In this document: in pieces, positions 1 to 10,989 of the stretch
How the letters are laid out: every line of letters begins with the position of its first letter
How positions within the stretch are numbered: the stretch's first letter is position 1
Origin: Candidatus Nealsonbacteria bacterium
GTDB lineage: Bacteria > Patescibacteriota > Minisyncoccia > Minisyncoccales > JANBVM01
NCBI GenBank assembly: GCA_047456295.1
Contig: CP179887.1
Location: 623,159 to 687,158 of the forward strand
DNA: 64,000 nt
Reading direction: 5' to 3'
Notes under the pieces: model-generated
Told to the model about the DNA's origin: nothing
The model's input: only the letters and a program-made list of their open reading frames with translations
The model's database searches: none
Made by a program: the position numbers and the translations under genes

Positions 1-1
1 T

Positions 2-1888
2 GCAGAAGGAGCCATCTTTCCCTGGGCTCATGCATCCCATAAAGTTGGCAGGCAGGGATACTTTATGTGGCAATTGGAAGACCTGGCAGACAGGCATGAA
101 TTTTCTTTACAGGTACCGGTTAAAGATTTATCTAAAAAAATAATTAATTTAATTTTATATGGTGATAATGATTTCCCTGGTGTAATTCCTCAATTGGAAA
201 AAAGGTATCATGAGACTGAATCAGAATATACCAGAGAGGAAATTAAAAAATATATGGTTGAGAAAAGGTGTAACGTGTGCAATGGAAAAAGGTTAAAACC
301 TGAGGTATTGGCAGTAAAGGTAGCAGGAAAATCAATTGACCAGATGGTTGAAATACCCATTGATGAGACAAAAGTGTTTTTTAAGAAACTGTTACTTTCC
401 AAAACCCATATTTTAAAGACCAATGAGTTAAAGATAGGTCAGCCAATTATTAAAGAGATTGTAAACAGGCTCCAGTTTTTAATTGATGTGGGTTTGAATT
501 ATTTAACCTTAAATAGAAAGGCAGCCACCCTATCTGGCGGAGAAGGAGAGAGGATAAGGCTGGCCACCCAGATTGGCTCAAAATTAACCGGTGTCATATA
601 TATTCTAGACGAACCCTCAATCGGTCTCCATTCCAGGGACCAGAAAAGATTGATTGAGACCTTAAAGAAATTAAAAGAACTGGGAAATACGGTCCTGGTG
701 GTAGAGCATGACCCCCAGACAGTTTTGGCTGCAGATTGGGTAATAGATATTGGTCCTGGAGCAGGAAAAAAAGGAGGAAAGGTTATGTTTCAGGGAACAC
801 CCAGAAAACTGCTTAAAGCTAATACCCTGACAGGAGAATATCTTTCAGGAAGAAAAAAGGTTGAGATTAATAAATCCCAGATTCCCAATCCAAAATCCCA
901 AAAGTATTTAATAATCAAAAAAGCAGCAGAGAATAATCTTAAAAACATTAATGTTAAGATTCCTTTGAGCAGATTTGTTTGTATTACCGGTGTTTCAGGT
1001 TCAGGAAAATCATCTTTAATGAATGATATCTTAGCCAGAGCTTTAAAAAGGAGGTTCTATAAATCAAAAGAAGAACCAGGAAAACACAAAGAAATTGTAG
1101 GGGTGGAAAATTTAGACAAGGTTGTTTTAATTGATCAGTCTCCTATTGGCAGAACTCCCAGGTCTAACCCTGCAACATACACAGGAGCCTTTACATATAT
1201 CAGAGACCTTTTTAGCAGGACAAAACAAGCTAAGATCAGAGGATATCAGCCGGGCAGATTCTCTTTTAATGTAAAAGGAGGTCGTTGTGAGAATTGTCAG
1301 GGTCAAGGCCAGATTAAGATTGAGATGTATTTTTTACCAGATATATATATTCAGTGTTCAGAATGTAAAGGAAAGAGATTTAATAAGGAAACCCTGTCTG
1401 TTGAATATAAGGGCAAGAATATTGCTGAAACCCTAGAAATGACGCTTGAAGAAGCTCTGGAGTTTTTCAAAAATATCCCTGGCTTATTCCACAAATTAAA
1501 GACCTTAAATGAAGTGGGTTTGGGTTATCTTGAGCTGGGTCAGCCAGCTCCTTCCCTGTCTGGAGGGGAGGCTCAGAGAATAAAGCTGTCAGCTGAACTT
1601 TCAAAGAAAGCAACCAGAAAGACATTATATATTTTAGATGAACCTACAACAGGGCTTCATCCTGACGATATTAGGAAATTAGTTTTGGTCTTAAGAAGAT
1701 TGGTAGATAAAGGAAACAGTGTTGTAACAGTTGAACACAACCTTGATTTTATCAAAAATTCAGATTGGATAATTGATTTGGGTCCTGAAGGAGGGGAGGA
1801 AGGCGGATATATTGTGGCTGAAGGCACCCCTTTTGAAATTGCAAAAAATAGAAAAAGTTATACAGGAAAATATTTAGCCAGAATCTAA
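2..1888 (+). CDS. uvrA: UvrA excinuclease ABC subunit A, C-terminal ~629 aa (5' end outside window)
   Basis: Frame is open from nt 2 (AEGAIFPWAHASHKVGRQGYF precedes the listed Met at 65). Two ABC signatures (ATLSGGEGERIRLA, PSLSGGEAQRIKLS), Walker A GVSGSGKSS, Walker B ILDEPS/ILDEPT, CxxC zinc modules (CNVCNGKR; CENCQGQG...CSECKGKR). Confidence 0.95.
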   Translation, partial: AEGAIFPWAHASHKVGRQGYFMWQLEDLADRHEFSLQVPVKDLSKKIINLILYGDNDFPGVIPQLEKRYHETESEYTREEIKKYMVEKRCNVCNGKRLKPEVLAVKVAGKSIDQMVEIPIDETKVFFKKLLLSKTHILKTNELKIGQPIIKEIVNRLQFLIDVGLNYLTLNRKAATLSGGEGERIRLATQIGSKLTGVIYILDEPSIGLHSRDQKRLIETLKKLKELGNTVLVVEHDPQTVLAADWVIDIGPGAGKKGGKVMFQGTPRKLLKANTLTGEYLSGRKKVEINKSQIPNPKSQKYLIIKKAAENNLKNINVKIPLSRFVCITGVSGSGKSSLMNDILARALKRRFYKSKEEPGKHKEIVGVENLDKVVLIDQSPIGRTPRSNPATYTGAFTYIRDLFSRTKQAKIRGYQPGRFSFNVKGGRCENCQGQGQIKIEMYFLPDIYIQCSECKGKRFNKETLSVEYKGKNIAETLEMTLEEALEFFKNIPGLFHKLKTLNEVGLGYLELGQPAPSLSGGEAQRIKLSAELSKKATRKTLYILDEPTTGLHPDDIRKLVLVLRRLVDKGNSVVTVEHNLDFIKNSDWIIDLGPEGGEEGGYIVAEGTPFEIAKNRKSYTGKYLARI

Positions 1889-1920
1889 GGAACGGTTAAT
1901 AGAGTACCATTTTTTAAAAA

Positions 1921-1973
1921 AAGAACCTTAATAGGTTCTTAGAGGTTAAAACTTAAATTTTAACCTTTTTTTA
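1921..1973 (+). terminator. tandem hairpins plus T-run downstream of uvrA
   Basis: AAGAACC-ttaata-GGTTCTT (1921-1940), then a 9-bp stem AGGTTAAAA/TTTTAACCT (1943-1951 / 1958-1966) followed by T7. The second hairpin is almost the same sequence as 5266-5295. Confidence 0.75.
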
Positions 1974-1996
1974 TTTCACTAATTTTTCTTTTATAC

Positions 1997-2365
1997 CTAA
2001 ACGGCAATTTTCCAGAAATTTTTGTGATCAAAGAAAAGAAGGATTAAAGGAATAACAAAAATAAATTTAACAGAAAGAGCACTCCCTACTGAAGTTATTA
2101 AGAGAATGATTATTGCCAAGTACCAAGCTCTTCTTTTCCGCTTTAAAAGAAAATACCCAGAAACAAAAATTAAAATTCCTTGAAAAATTACGAATAACAT
2201 TATCAATATAAATCCTTTGCCTAACGATTTGATAATTATATCCTGTAATAACTCTAATCCCACTAAACTGGCTAATACAGGTAATCCTATTCCTATCATT
2301 CCTCCCACTACTATCATCCACCAGGCAGCAATTTTTGTTTTTATTGGCAGAATAATTTTTTCCAT
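1997..2365 (-). CDS. small integral membrane protein, unknown function
   Basis: 122 aa with four hydrophobic helices (IAAWWMIVVGGMIGIGLPVLASLVGL, GFILIMLFVIFQGILIFVSGYFLL, AWYLAIIILLITSVGSALSV, FIFVIPLILLFF). No recognisable motif. Confidence 0.5.
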   Translation of the reverse strand: MEKIILPIKTKIAAWWMIVVGGMIGIGLPVLASLVGLELLQDIIIKSLGKGFILIMLFVIFQGILIFVSGYFLLKRKRRAWYLAIIILLITSVGSALSVKFIFVIPLILLFFDHKNFWKIAV

Positions 2366-2538
2366 GATTTTATGTAAACTATTTTCTGTTCTAATTTATG
2401 TTGTTTTATTATACCATATTTGGAAATAAAAAAAGAAATGGTTTTAAAGCTCTCTTTGTTGACAAACCTTCTGTTATTGGATAATCTAACAACAGCTCTT
2501 TTGAGCTCTTTAAAAATAAAAAAAACGAGTTGATTTGA

Positions 2539-5235
2539 TTGAAAACAATAAAAAAGACTATTGGAATCTTTGTTCTTCTTTTCTTATTGATTGGCGTAAC
2601 AAACGTTCTTTTCCTGGGACAAAACGGAGAATCTCAGAGAGGAAATTTGAAGGTAGAAATTATTGCTGCTGCTATTGATACTGATCCCAAGGTTCACGTA
2701 AACAACAACTGGACAGAGACAGCTGTAATCTACGACTGGTGTACGGGCTCGGGCACCTATGAGGACCCGTATGTAATTAAAGATTTAATTATAGATGCAA
2801 ACCAATCAGATAGCTGCATTCTCATTGAAAACACAGAAGAATATTTCGTAATTGAAAACTGTACGGTTTATAACGCTAGTAGAGTAGGAATTGAACTTGA
2901 CTATGTGATAAATGGAAAGATAGTCAATAATGACTGTTTAAATAATAGTTATGGTGGCATTTCTTTAGGTTACTCCTCCAGCAACACTATAATTGGGAAC
3001 AACTGCACGAGAAACGGGCGTGGTATCTATTTCTACTTTACTAACAACAGCATTGTAACCGGGAACAACTGTACGGGAAATAAATACGGTATTTCTTCTT
3101 TCTGCGTGTCATCCTCCCCCTCCCACAACAACACCATAACCGGGAACACCTGTACGGACAATCGTTACTACGGTATCTATCTCAGCTCCTCCAACAGTAC
3201 CGTAAGAGGGAATAACTGCATGGGAAATAAATACGGTATCCATCTCTCCTCTTCCTCCAACAACAACACTATAACCGGGAACAACTGTACAAATAATGAT
3301 TACTTCGGTATCTCTCTCTTCTCCAACAACAACACCATAACCGGGAACAACTGTACGGGAAGTTATTATTTTGGTACAGGAAGGTATTATTATGGTATCT
3401 ATCTTGACTCCTCCCACAACAACACTATAACCAGGAACACCTGTACGAGAAATAAATATGGTATCTATCTTTACCGTTCCTCCCACCACAACACCATAAC
3501 AGGGAACAACTGCACAGATAATGATTACTTCGGTATCTATCTTGACTACTCCCACAGCAACATCATAACCGGGAACAACTGCACAAAAAACCGGCTTGGT
3601 ATCTATCTCTATTCCAGTAACAGCAACACCATAGTTGGGAACAACTGTACATACAATAATGTGGGTACAGCCAACAGCGGTATTCATCTTGACTCCTCCC
3701 ACAGCAATATCATAACCGGGAACAACTGCACAAACAATAAATACGGTATCTCTCTTAGATCCTCCAACAACAACACCATAACCGGGAACAACTGCACGGG
3801 AAATAAATATGGTATTCATCTTGGTTTCTCCAGCTCCTCCAACAACACCATAACCAGGAATAACTGTATAAGAAATGAATACGGTATCTCTCTTAGCTCC
3901 CCCAACAACACCATAATAGGGAACAACTGTATAGACAATGATTACGGCGGTATTTATCTCGATAAATACTCCAACCACAACACCATAACCGGGAACAACT
4001 GTACGGGAAATAGATACGGTATCTATCTTTACCCCTCCCACCACAACACTATAACCGGGAACAACTGCACGGGAAACTGGTATGGTATCTATCTTGAGTC
4101 CTTCCTTCCACCATATTCCTCCTCTCACAGCAACATCATAACCGGGAACAACTGCACAGATAATGATCACGAAGGTATCTCTCTTAGCTTCTCCAACAAC
4201 AACACCATAATTGGGAACAACTGTACGGGAAATACATGCGGTATTCGTCTTTACTCCTCCCACAGCAACATCATAACAGGGAACAACTGTACAGACAATG
4301 ATTACGGCGGTATCTGTCTCTCCTCCTCTAACAACAACACTATAACCGGGAACAACTGTACGGGAAATAGATATGGTATCCATCTCTACTCTTCCTCCAA
4401 CAACACCATAACCGGGAACAATTGTACATACAATGATAACTACGGTATCTATCTCCATGGGGATTCCGACAGCAACGAGGTTGCCAACAATTTTCTGATA
4501 AAAAACGGTTACGGATGCATTAAGGATGAAGGAGCGAACAATACCATATACAACAATACCTGTATTTTAGTGCTGAATACCCTTTTTCAAGTTAATGCCA
4601 CTGAAATCATTGAAGGAGAGAGTATTCAATTTACAGATAAGACTGCCAGCGGAAGATATCCCTTAACCTATCAGTGGAACTTCGGAGACGGTTCAGAAAA
4701 TTCTACTGTTCAAAATCCTATTCATAAATATAATTCAGCTGGAACATATCTAGTTGTGCTGACGGTAACAGATGCTGACGGAGATGTATCGGTTTATTCT
4801 ATAGAAATCAGTAGTGTCCAAGATGTCACTAACCCAATCTTAGATAGCCCTCAAGACATTATCTATGAAGAGGGGACAACAGATAACACTATTTCCTGGA
4901 CAGCTACAGACAACAACCCTGATACCTATATTATCTACAGAGATGGCTTAGAGATTGACTCAGGCACTTGGACATCAGGTGTGGCCATAACAATCAATGT
5001 AGATGGATTAACCGTAGGTTCTTACAACTACACCATTGTAGTTACAGATGCCTTTGGTAACATGGTTTCTGATACAGTGTGGGTTACGGTTGAAGACGAT
5101 ATTATACCAGATGACATTCCACCAGATGATACTACACCAGACTTAGGTATAATAATTCTATTGATATTGGTTTCTCTGATCGGGGCAGCAAGCATTGCAG
5201 CTATTGTTATATTTCTGAAAAGAAGACAACATTAA
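2539..5235 (+). CDS. cell-surface protein: N-terminal signal anchor, ~30 parallel beta-helix (PbH1/NosD-like) repeats, PKD domain, Ig-like region, C-terminal TM anchor
   Basis: TTG start. ~22-aa repeat SS-NNTITGNNCT-N-YGI-L iterated from aa ~130 to ~640. PKD signature YQWNFGDGSENSTVQNPIHKYNSAGTYLVVLTVTDADGD. C-terminal LGIIILLILVSLIGAASIAAIVIFLKRRQH. Confidence 0.8.
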   Translation: MKTIKKTIGIFVLLFLLIGVTNVLFLGQNGESQRGNLKVEIIAAAIDTDPKVHVNNNWTETAVIYDWCTGSGTYEDPYVIKDLIIDANQSDSCILIENTEEYFVIENCTVYNASRVGIELDYVINGKIVNNDCLNNSYGGISLGYSSSNTIIGNNCTRNGRGIYFYFTNNSIVTGNNCTGNKYGISSFCVSSSPSHNNTITGNTCTDNRYYGIYLSSSNSTVRGNNCMGNKYGIHLSSSSNNNTITGNNCTNNDYFGISLFSNNNTITGNNCTGSYYFGTGRYYYGIYLDSSHNNTITRNTCTRNKYGIYLYRSSHHNTITGNNCTDNDYFGIYLDYSHSNIITGNNCTKNRLGIYLYSSNSNTIVGNNCTYNNVGTANSGIHLDSSHSNIITGNNCTNNKYGISLRSSNNNTITGNNCTGNKYGIHLGFSSSSNNTITRNNCIRNEYGISLSSPNNTIIGNNCIDNDYGGIYLDKYSNHNTITGNNCTGNRYGIYLYPSHHNTITGNNCTGNWYGIYLESFLPPYSSSHSNIITGNNCTDNDHEGISLSFSNNNTIIGNNCTGNTCGIRLYSSHSNIITGNNCTDNDYGGICLSSSNNNTITGNNCTGNRYGIHLYSSSNNTITGNNCTYNDNYGIYLHGDSDSNEVANNFLIKNGYGCIKDEGANNTIYNNTCILVLNTLFQVNATEIIEGESIQFTDKTASGRYPLTYQWNFGDGSENSTVQNPIHKYNSAGTYLVVLTVTDADGDVSVYSIEISSVQDVTNPILDSPQDIIYEEGTTDNTISWTATDNNPDTYIIYRDGLEIDSGTWTSGVAITINVDGLTVGSYNYTIVVTDAFGNMVSDTVWVTVEDDIIPDDIPPDDTTPDLGIIILLILVSLIGAASIAAIVIFLKRRQH

Positions 5236-5265
5236 AAAATCTAAAAACCCCCTTTTTTTAGGGGA

Positions 5266-5295
5266 AGGTTAAATCTTAAATTTAACCTTTTTTTA
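5266..5295 (+). terminator. rho-independent terminator, sequence-related to 1943-1973
   Basis: 9-bp stem AGGTTAAAT/ATTTAACCT (5266-5274 / 5280-5288), loop CTTAA, then T7. Confidence 0.75.
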
Positions 5296-5334
5296 TTTTT
5301 ATTTAACCAATATTGTAAATTTAGTGTCAGGGAC

Positions 5335-5364
5335 TTGACATTATATACCCTTTCTTTATATATT
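5335..5364 (+). promoter_or_regulatory. sigma70-type promoter of groES-groEL
   Basis: TTGACA at 5335-5340, 18-nt spacer, TATATT at 5359-5364, directly upstream of the CIRCE-like element. Confidence 0.55.
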
Positions 5365-5375
5365 AAGAATATCAA

Positions 5376-5402
5376 TTAGCACTCAAAGGTCTAGCCTGCT
5401 AA
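5376..5402 (+). promoter_or_regulatory. CIRCE-like inverted repeat (HrcA operator type) with degenerate right arm
   Basis: TTAGCACTC-N9-GCCTGCTAA versus consensus TTAGCACTC-N9-GAGTGCTAA. Left arm 9/9, right arm 7/9. Located between the promoter and groES. Confidence 0.6.
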
Positions 5403-5506
5403 AAAGATAGATAATTAAATTTGTTGAATTATTCCCTTTGTTTAAATCTTAATTAAAATAATTTAATAAAGAGCAAAGCGAATGGTTTAACTCTCTACCA
5501 ATTATT

Positions 5507-5797
5507 ATGAATATTAAACCTTTATCAGATTACATTCTTATTAAACCAATAAAAGAAGAAGAAAAAACAAAATCAGGGATTTTACTGCCAGAAACAGCAG
5601 ATAAAGAAAGACCGGAACAAGGCGAGGTCATTGCCGTGGGTCCTGGTAAGAGAAATCCTGATGGTAAAGTCATTACTATGGATATAAAAGTGGGCCAGAA
5701 GGTTTTATTTACAAAATATGGTCCAAATGAAATAAAGGTCAATGATGAAGAATATCTTATTGCAAAACAAGAAGATATCTTAGCAGTTATAGAATAG
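5507..5797 (+). CDS. groES: co-chaperonin GroES
   Basis: 96 aa, IKPLSDYILIKP...KSGILLPETADKERPEQGEVIAVGPG, typical Cpn10 mobile loop and length, directly upstream of groEL. Confidence 0.95.
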   Translation: MNIKPLSDYILIKPIKEEEKTKSGILLPETADKERPEQGEVIAVGPGKRNPDGKVITMDIKVGQKVLFTKYGPNEIKVNDEEYLIAKQEDILAVIE

Positions 5798-5820
5798 TAT
5801 TTAAGGTCTAGGTCTTTTGA

Positions 5821-7527
<1,707 letters not shown>

Positions 7528-7558
7528 TCTGTTTTAGTCAAATAGATGATTTCTGTTT

Positions 7559-7588
7559 CCCCCGCTATGTTTGGCGGGGGATTTATTT
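7559..7588 (+). terminator. rho-independent terminator after groEL
   Basis: CCCCCGC (7559-7565) / GCGGGGG (7574-7580), 8-nt loop, followed by ATTTATTT. Confidence 0.7.
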
Positions 7589-7661
7589 AGACATAGAAAT
7601 AGGATATAATTTAAAGTACAAAAGGTCGGATAAATATTATTAAGACCTTAAATTATTAAAA

Positions 7662-8213
7662 ATGGTTCCTACAATTATTTTAGTAGCATTAGGTTTAATT
7701 CTCTTCTGGGTGATTATTGCCTTTAATGGTTTGGTAGTATTAAAAAACAGGACAAAGGAAGCATGGGCTGACATAGATGTTCAATTAAAAAGAAGATACA
7801 ATTTAATTCCCAATCTGGTGGAAACAGTAAAAGGGTATGCTTCTCATGAAAAAGGAGTTTTTGAAAAAGTAGCTGAAGCCAGGGCCAGAGCCATGGGGGC
7901 TAAAGACCCAAAAGAAAAGAGTCAAGCAGAAAACAATCTTTCTCAAACCCTAAAGTCTCTTTTTGCTGTTTCTGAAGCCTACCCAGAACTAAAGGCTTCT
8001 CAGAACTTTTTAGAACTCCAGAGGGAGCTCCGGGACACAGAAGACAAGATCCAGGCTGCCAGAAGATTCTATAATGGAAACGTAAGGGATATGAACATTA
8101 GGGTTGAGAGTTTTCCGGCAAATCTGATAGCTTCTGTTTTTGGATTCAAAAAGATGGAACTCTTTGAATTAACAGAACCTGGGGAAAGAAAAACACCAAC
8201 AGTCAGATTTTAA
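7662..8213 (+). CDS. lemA: LemA family membrane protein
   Basis: N-terminal TM, then NGLVVLKNRTKEAWADIDVQLKRRYNLIPNLVETVKGYASHE, typical of LemA. Precedes htpX with a 3-nt gap. Confidence 0.85.
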   Translation: MVPTIILVALGLILFWVIIAFNGLVVLKNRTKEAWADIDVQLKRRYNLIPNLVETVKGYASHEKGVFEKVAEARARAMGAKDPKEKSQAENNLSQTLKSLFAVSEAYPELKASQNFLELQRELRDTEDKIQAARRFYNGNVRDMNIRVESFPANLIASVFGFKKMELFELTEPGERKTPTVRF

Positions 8214-8216
8214 CCT

Positions 8217-9113
8217 ATGGCAACCTTATACACCCAGGCAGATTCCAATATCAGGAAGACCTGGATTCTCCTTATATTCTTTATGGTATTTGTCATTTCT
8301 TTGGGTTGGTTTTTCAGTTATTTATTGGGAGATAACATGTTTTTTATTTTGGCCATTTTTATAAGTACCCTTCAAGGTCTTGCTGGTTTTTGGTATTCTG
8401 ATAAGATTGTCTTGGCAATGACAGGTGCCAGTGAGGTTAAAAAAAGAGACAATCCCGAACTTTATAGGCTTGTTGAAAATCTTTCCATTACAGCTGGTCT
8501 TCCCCTTCCCAGAATTTATATTATTGATGAGGCCCAACCCAATGCTTTTGCTACTGGCAGAAATGAAGAACAGGCAGTCATCGCTGTAACAAAGGGGCTT
8601 TTGGAGAAATTGGAAAGAACAGAGTTAGAAGGAGTTATTGCCCATGAATTATCCCACATTGGAAATAAAGACATGTTTTTAAATAGCGTTCTGGTGGTTT
8701 TGGTGGGGATTGTAGCCATTCTTTCAAGAATGTTTTTAAGAATAGGTTATTTAAGCAGGGGAAGGAGAAAAAACAGAGATTCAAGGAATTCAGCCAGCTT
8801 CTTGTTTTTCTTTGGGATTATAGGAGCTGTCTTAGCTCCCATTGTTGCTTATTTAATTCAATTGGCAACCTCAAGGAAAAGAGAGTTTTTAGCTGATGCT
8901 ACCGGAGCTCTTTTAACAAGATATCCCGAGGGATTGGCCAGGGCTTTAGAGAAGATTTCTCAAGACAAAACACCTTTTAAAAGAGCAGATAGTTCCACTG
9001 CTCATTTGTACATTTCAAACCCGTTTAAAGAGAAAAACTGGTTGACAAAGTTGTTTTCAACCCATCCTCCAGTTGAGGAAAGGATGAGGGCTTTAAGAGG
9101 AATGAAGGTTTAA
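8217..9113 (+). CDS. htpX: HtpX-like M48 zinc metalloprotease
   Basis: HELSHI (HExxH) after two TM helices, downstream REFLADA and STHPPVEERMRAL motifs. Confidence 0.9.
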   Translation: MATLYTQADSNIRKTWILLIFFMVFVISLGWFFSYLLGDNMFFILAIFISTLQGLAGFWYSDKIVLAMTGASEVKKRDNPELYRLVENLSITAGLPLPRIYIIDEAQPNAFATGRNEEQAVIAVTKGLLEKLERTELEGVIAHELSHIGNKDMFLNSVLVVLVGIVAILSRMFLRIGYLSRGRRKNRDSRNSASFLFFFGIIGAVLAPIVAYLIQLATSRKREFLADATGALLTRYPEGLARALEKISQDKTPFKRADSSTAHLYISNPFKEKNWLTKLFSTHPPVEERMRALRGMKV

Positions 9114-9120
9114 GTAATAT

Positions 9121-9206
9121 GGAGAGGTGCGCCGAATTGGTAAGGCACATGCCTGGAAAGTATGCGCTCCGCAAGGGGCTTGCAGGTTCGAGTCCTGTCC
9201 TCTCCG
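9121..9206 (+). tRNA. tRNA-Ser(GGA), long variable arm, CCA not encoded
   Basis: Acceptor GGAGAGG/CCTCTCC, anticodon stem CATGC/GTATG with loop CTGGAAA (anticodon GGA), long variable arm CGCTCCGCAAGGGGCTT, T-arm GCAGG-TTCGAGT-CCTGT, discriminator G. Confidence 0.85.
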
Positions 9207-9274
9207 CCTAGTTTTAACTAGCTCTTAGTAGCTAGGATAAAATAATGTAATAAAAAAAAGATAATTATAAAAAT

Positions 9275-9805
9275 ATGGACATACAAATTATCATTCAAAA
9301 TATAGTATCTTGGTTTTTGGCCCCCGGAATAAAAATTATTCTGATTTTAGTGGTAACGTTTTTGATTAACAGGTTTTTGAAAACCTTTATTAAAAGGGTA
9401 ATAAAAAAACAAATCAGAAACAATATCTCAAAAGAAGAAGAAAGAAAAAGAATTGAAACTCTTATGAGTGTTTTTGAAGGGACTTTAAAGTTCATTGTCT
9501 GGGTTGTAGCTGTTATAATTATATTGCCTGAACTGGGGTTAAACATTGCCCCTGTTTTAACTGGAGTGGGAATAGTAGGTTTGGCTGTTGGTATGGCATC
9601 CAGGGACATTGTTTCAGATTTCATATCAGGTCTCTTTATTATTTTGGAAAACCAGTATCGTATTGGAGACATAATAAAGATTGCTGGTTTAGAGGGTGAG
9701 GTAAAAGAAATAACCTTGAGAAGAACAATTATTAAAGATAAAGAAGATATCTTTCATTCCATTCCCAATAGTAAAATAACCATAGTGTCTAAAAAATCTC
9801 AGTGA
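9275..9805 (+). CDS. short MscS-family mechanosensitive channel-like protein
   Basis: TM helices followed by GIVGLAVGMASRDIVSDFISGLFIILENQYRIGDIIKIAGLEGEVKEITLRRTII...IPNS, the MscS pore-helix/beta-domain signature. Only 176 aa, so it lacks the usual C-terminal domain. Overlaps the next ORF by 4 nt. Confidence 0.7.
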   Translation: MDIQIIIQNIVSWFLAPGIKIILILVVTFLINRFLKTFIKRVIKKQIRNNISKEEERKRIETLMSVFEGTLKFIVWVVAVIIILPELGLNIAPVLTGVGIVGLAVGMASRDIVSDFISGLFIILENQYRIGDIIKIAGLEGEVKEITLRRTIIKDKEDIFHSIPNSKITIVSKKSQ

Positions 9806-10989
9806 AACCTGAGTTGAAATCAATCTTTATGTTTTTGGATTATTTAAAAAAAGAAATAATAAAGAAAAAGGCCTTAAAAGAACTCGGGCAGTTAAAGGAT
9901 AAGAAGGGATTTTTAAAGGCAGGTCTTCCAAGATTCAATCGGCTTTTTGGCAGGGATTCCTTGATATCTGCCTGGCAATTGCTGGATAAAAAACCTGGTA
10001 TCTGCCAGGCAACCCTTGAGGTTTTATCTCAGCTTCAGGGAAAGGTTTTTAATAAAGAGAGAGAGGAGGAGCCGGGAAAGATAATTCATGAAACTAATTT
10101 GGGAAAACATTCTCATTTAAAGAATCATTTCCCTTTTCCTTATTTCGGTTCAGTTGATTCAACACCTTTGTTTTTAATCTTATTTTCTTTTTATTACAGA
10201 AAGACAAAAAATATTAAGTTTTTAAACAGGCACTGGAAGAACATCCTAATGGCTTTGCACTGGATGGAGGAGTGCGGAGACAGAGATAAAGATTTGTTTC
10301 TGGAATATGAAAGGAAGAATCCAAAAGGGCTTTTTCATCAGGCATGGAAGGATAGTTCAGAGAATACCTTAAGAATAAAACCTCCGGTGGCTATGGTTGA
10401 GGTTCAGGGTTATCAATATTTAGCTTTAAAAGAAATTTCCTGGTTAGCTGAGATCAAACAAGATCAGGACCTGGCAGAAAAGCTGGAGCAAAAGACAGAG
10501 AAGCTAAAAAATAAGTTTAACAAAGAATTCTGGATGGAAAATGAAAAATATTTTGCTTTGGCTCTGGACAAACAAAAAAAACATAGAAAGGCCATTACCT
10601 CAAATCCCGGTCATTTGCTTTTTACCGGGATTTTAAACAAAGACAAGGCTGATTTTATTGTAACAAGGCTTTTTAAAAAAGAGCTCTTTACTCCTTTTGG
10701 CATCAGGACCCATTCCAGTCTTGAGCCTGATTTTAATGCCAGATCCTATCATTTGGGTGCAGTCTGGCCTCATGACAACTGGATTATAGCTCAGGGATTG
10801 AAGAAAATGGGATATCAGGAGGAATATAAGAGAATAAAAAACGCCATCATGCTGGCTTATAACGAGATCGGATTTTTGCCTGAGTTTTACGGAGTGATTA
10901 ATGGAAAGGTTACCTTGGAGATGAGAAATAAACCCTGTTATCCCCAGGCCTGGTCTTCAGCAGCTCTCTTTAATTTCCTTTCTGACTGA
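9802..10989 (+). CDS. glycogen-debranching-enzyme-like amylo-alpha-1,6-glucosidase (GDE_C type)
   Basis: GTG start. LFGRDSLISA, EEPGKIIHE, YFGSVDSTPLF, HQAWKDSSE and VEVQGYQYLAL are the conserved blocks of the bacterial/archaeal GDE C-terminal (alpha/alpha)6 family. Confidence 0.8.
   Translation: MKPELKSIFMFLDYLKKEIIKKKALKELGQLKDKKGFLKAGLPRFNRLFGRDSLISAWQLLDKKPGICQATLEVLSQLQGKVFNKEREEEPGKIIHETNLGKHSHLKNHFPFPYFGSVDSTPLFLILFSFYYRKTKNIKFLNRHWKNILMALHWMEECGDRDKDLFLEYERKNPKGLFHQAWKDSSENTLRIKPPVAMVEVQGYQYLALKEISWLAEIKQDQDLAEKLEQKTEKLKNKFNKEFWMENEKYFALALDKQKKHRKAITSNPGHLLFTGILNKDKADFIVTRLFKKELFTPFGIRTHSSLEPDFNARSYHLGAVWPHDNWIIAQGLKKMGYQEEYKRIKNAIMLAYNEIGFLPEFYGVINGKVTLEMRNKPCYPQAWSSAALFNFLSD

Noticed and set aside
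3109-4458. 449-aa minus-strand ORF inside the beta-helix protein gene
   Set aside because: It lies entirely antisense to the repeat region of 2539..5235. Its own sequence is a low-complexity echo (VVPGYGVVVGG...) of the plus-strand repeat, with no start context or motif. It is an open antisense frame produced by the periodic codon composition.
2900-4500. Very high density of N-x-T sequons (NNT, NCT) in the beta-helix repeats as evidence for N-glycosylation linked to the nearby GT cluster
   Set aside because: The sequons are part of the repeat consensus (asparagine ladder of parallel beta-helices), so their abundance has no independent significance. No oligosaccharyltransferase is in the window.
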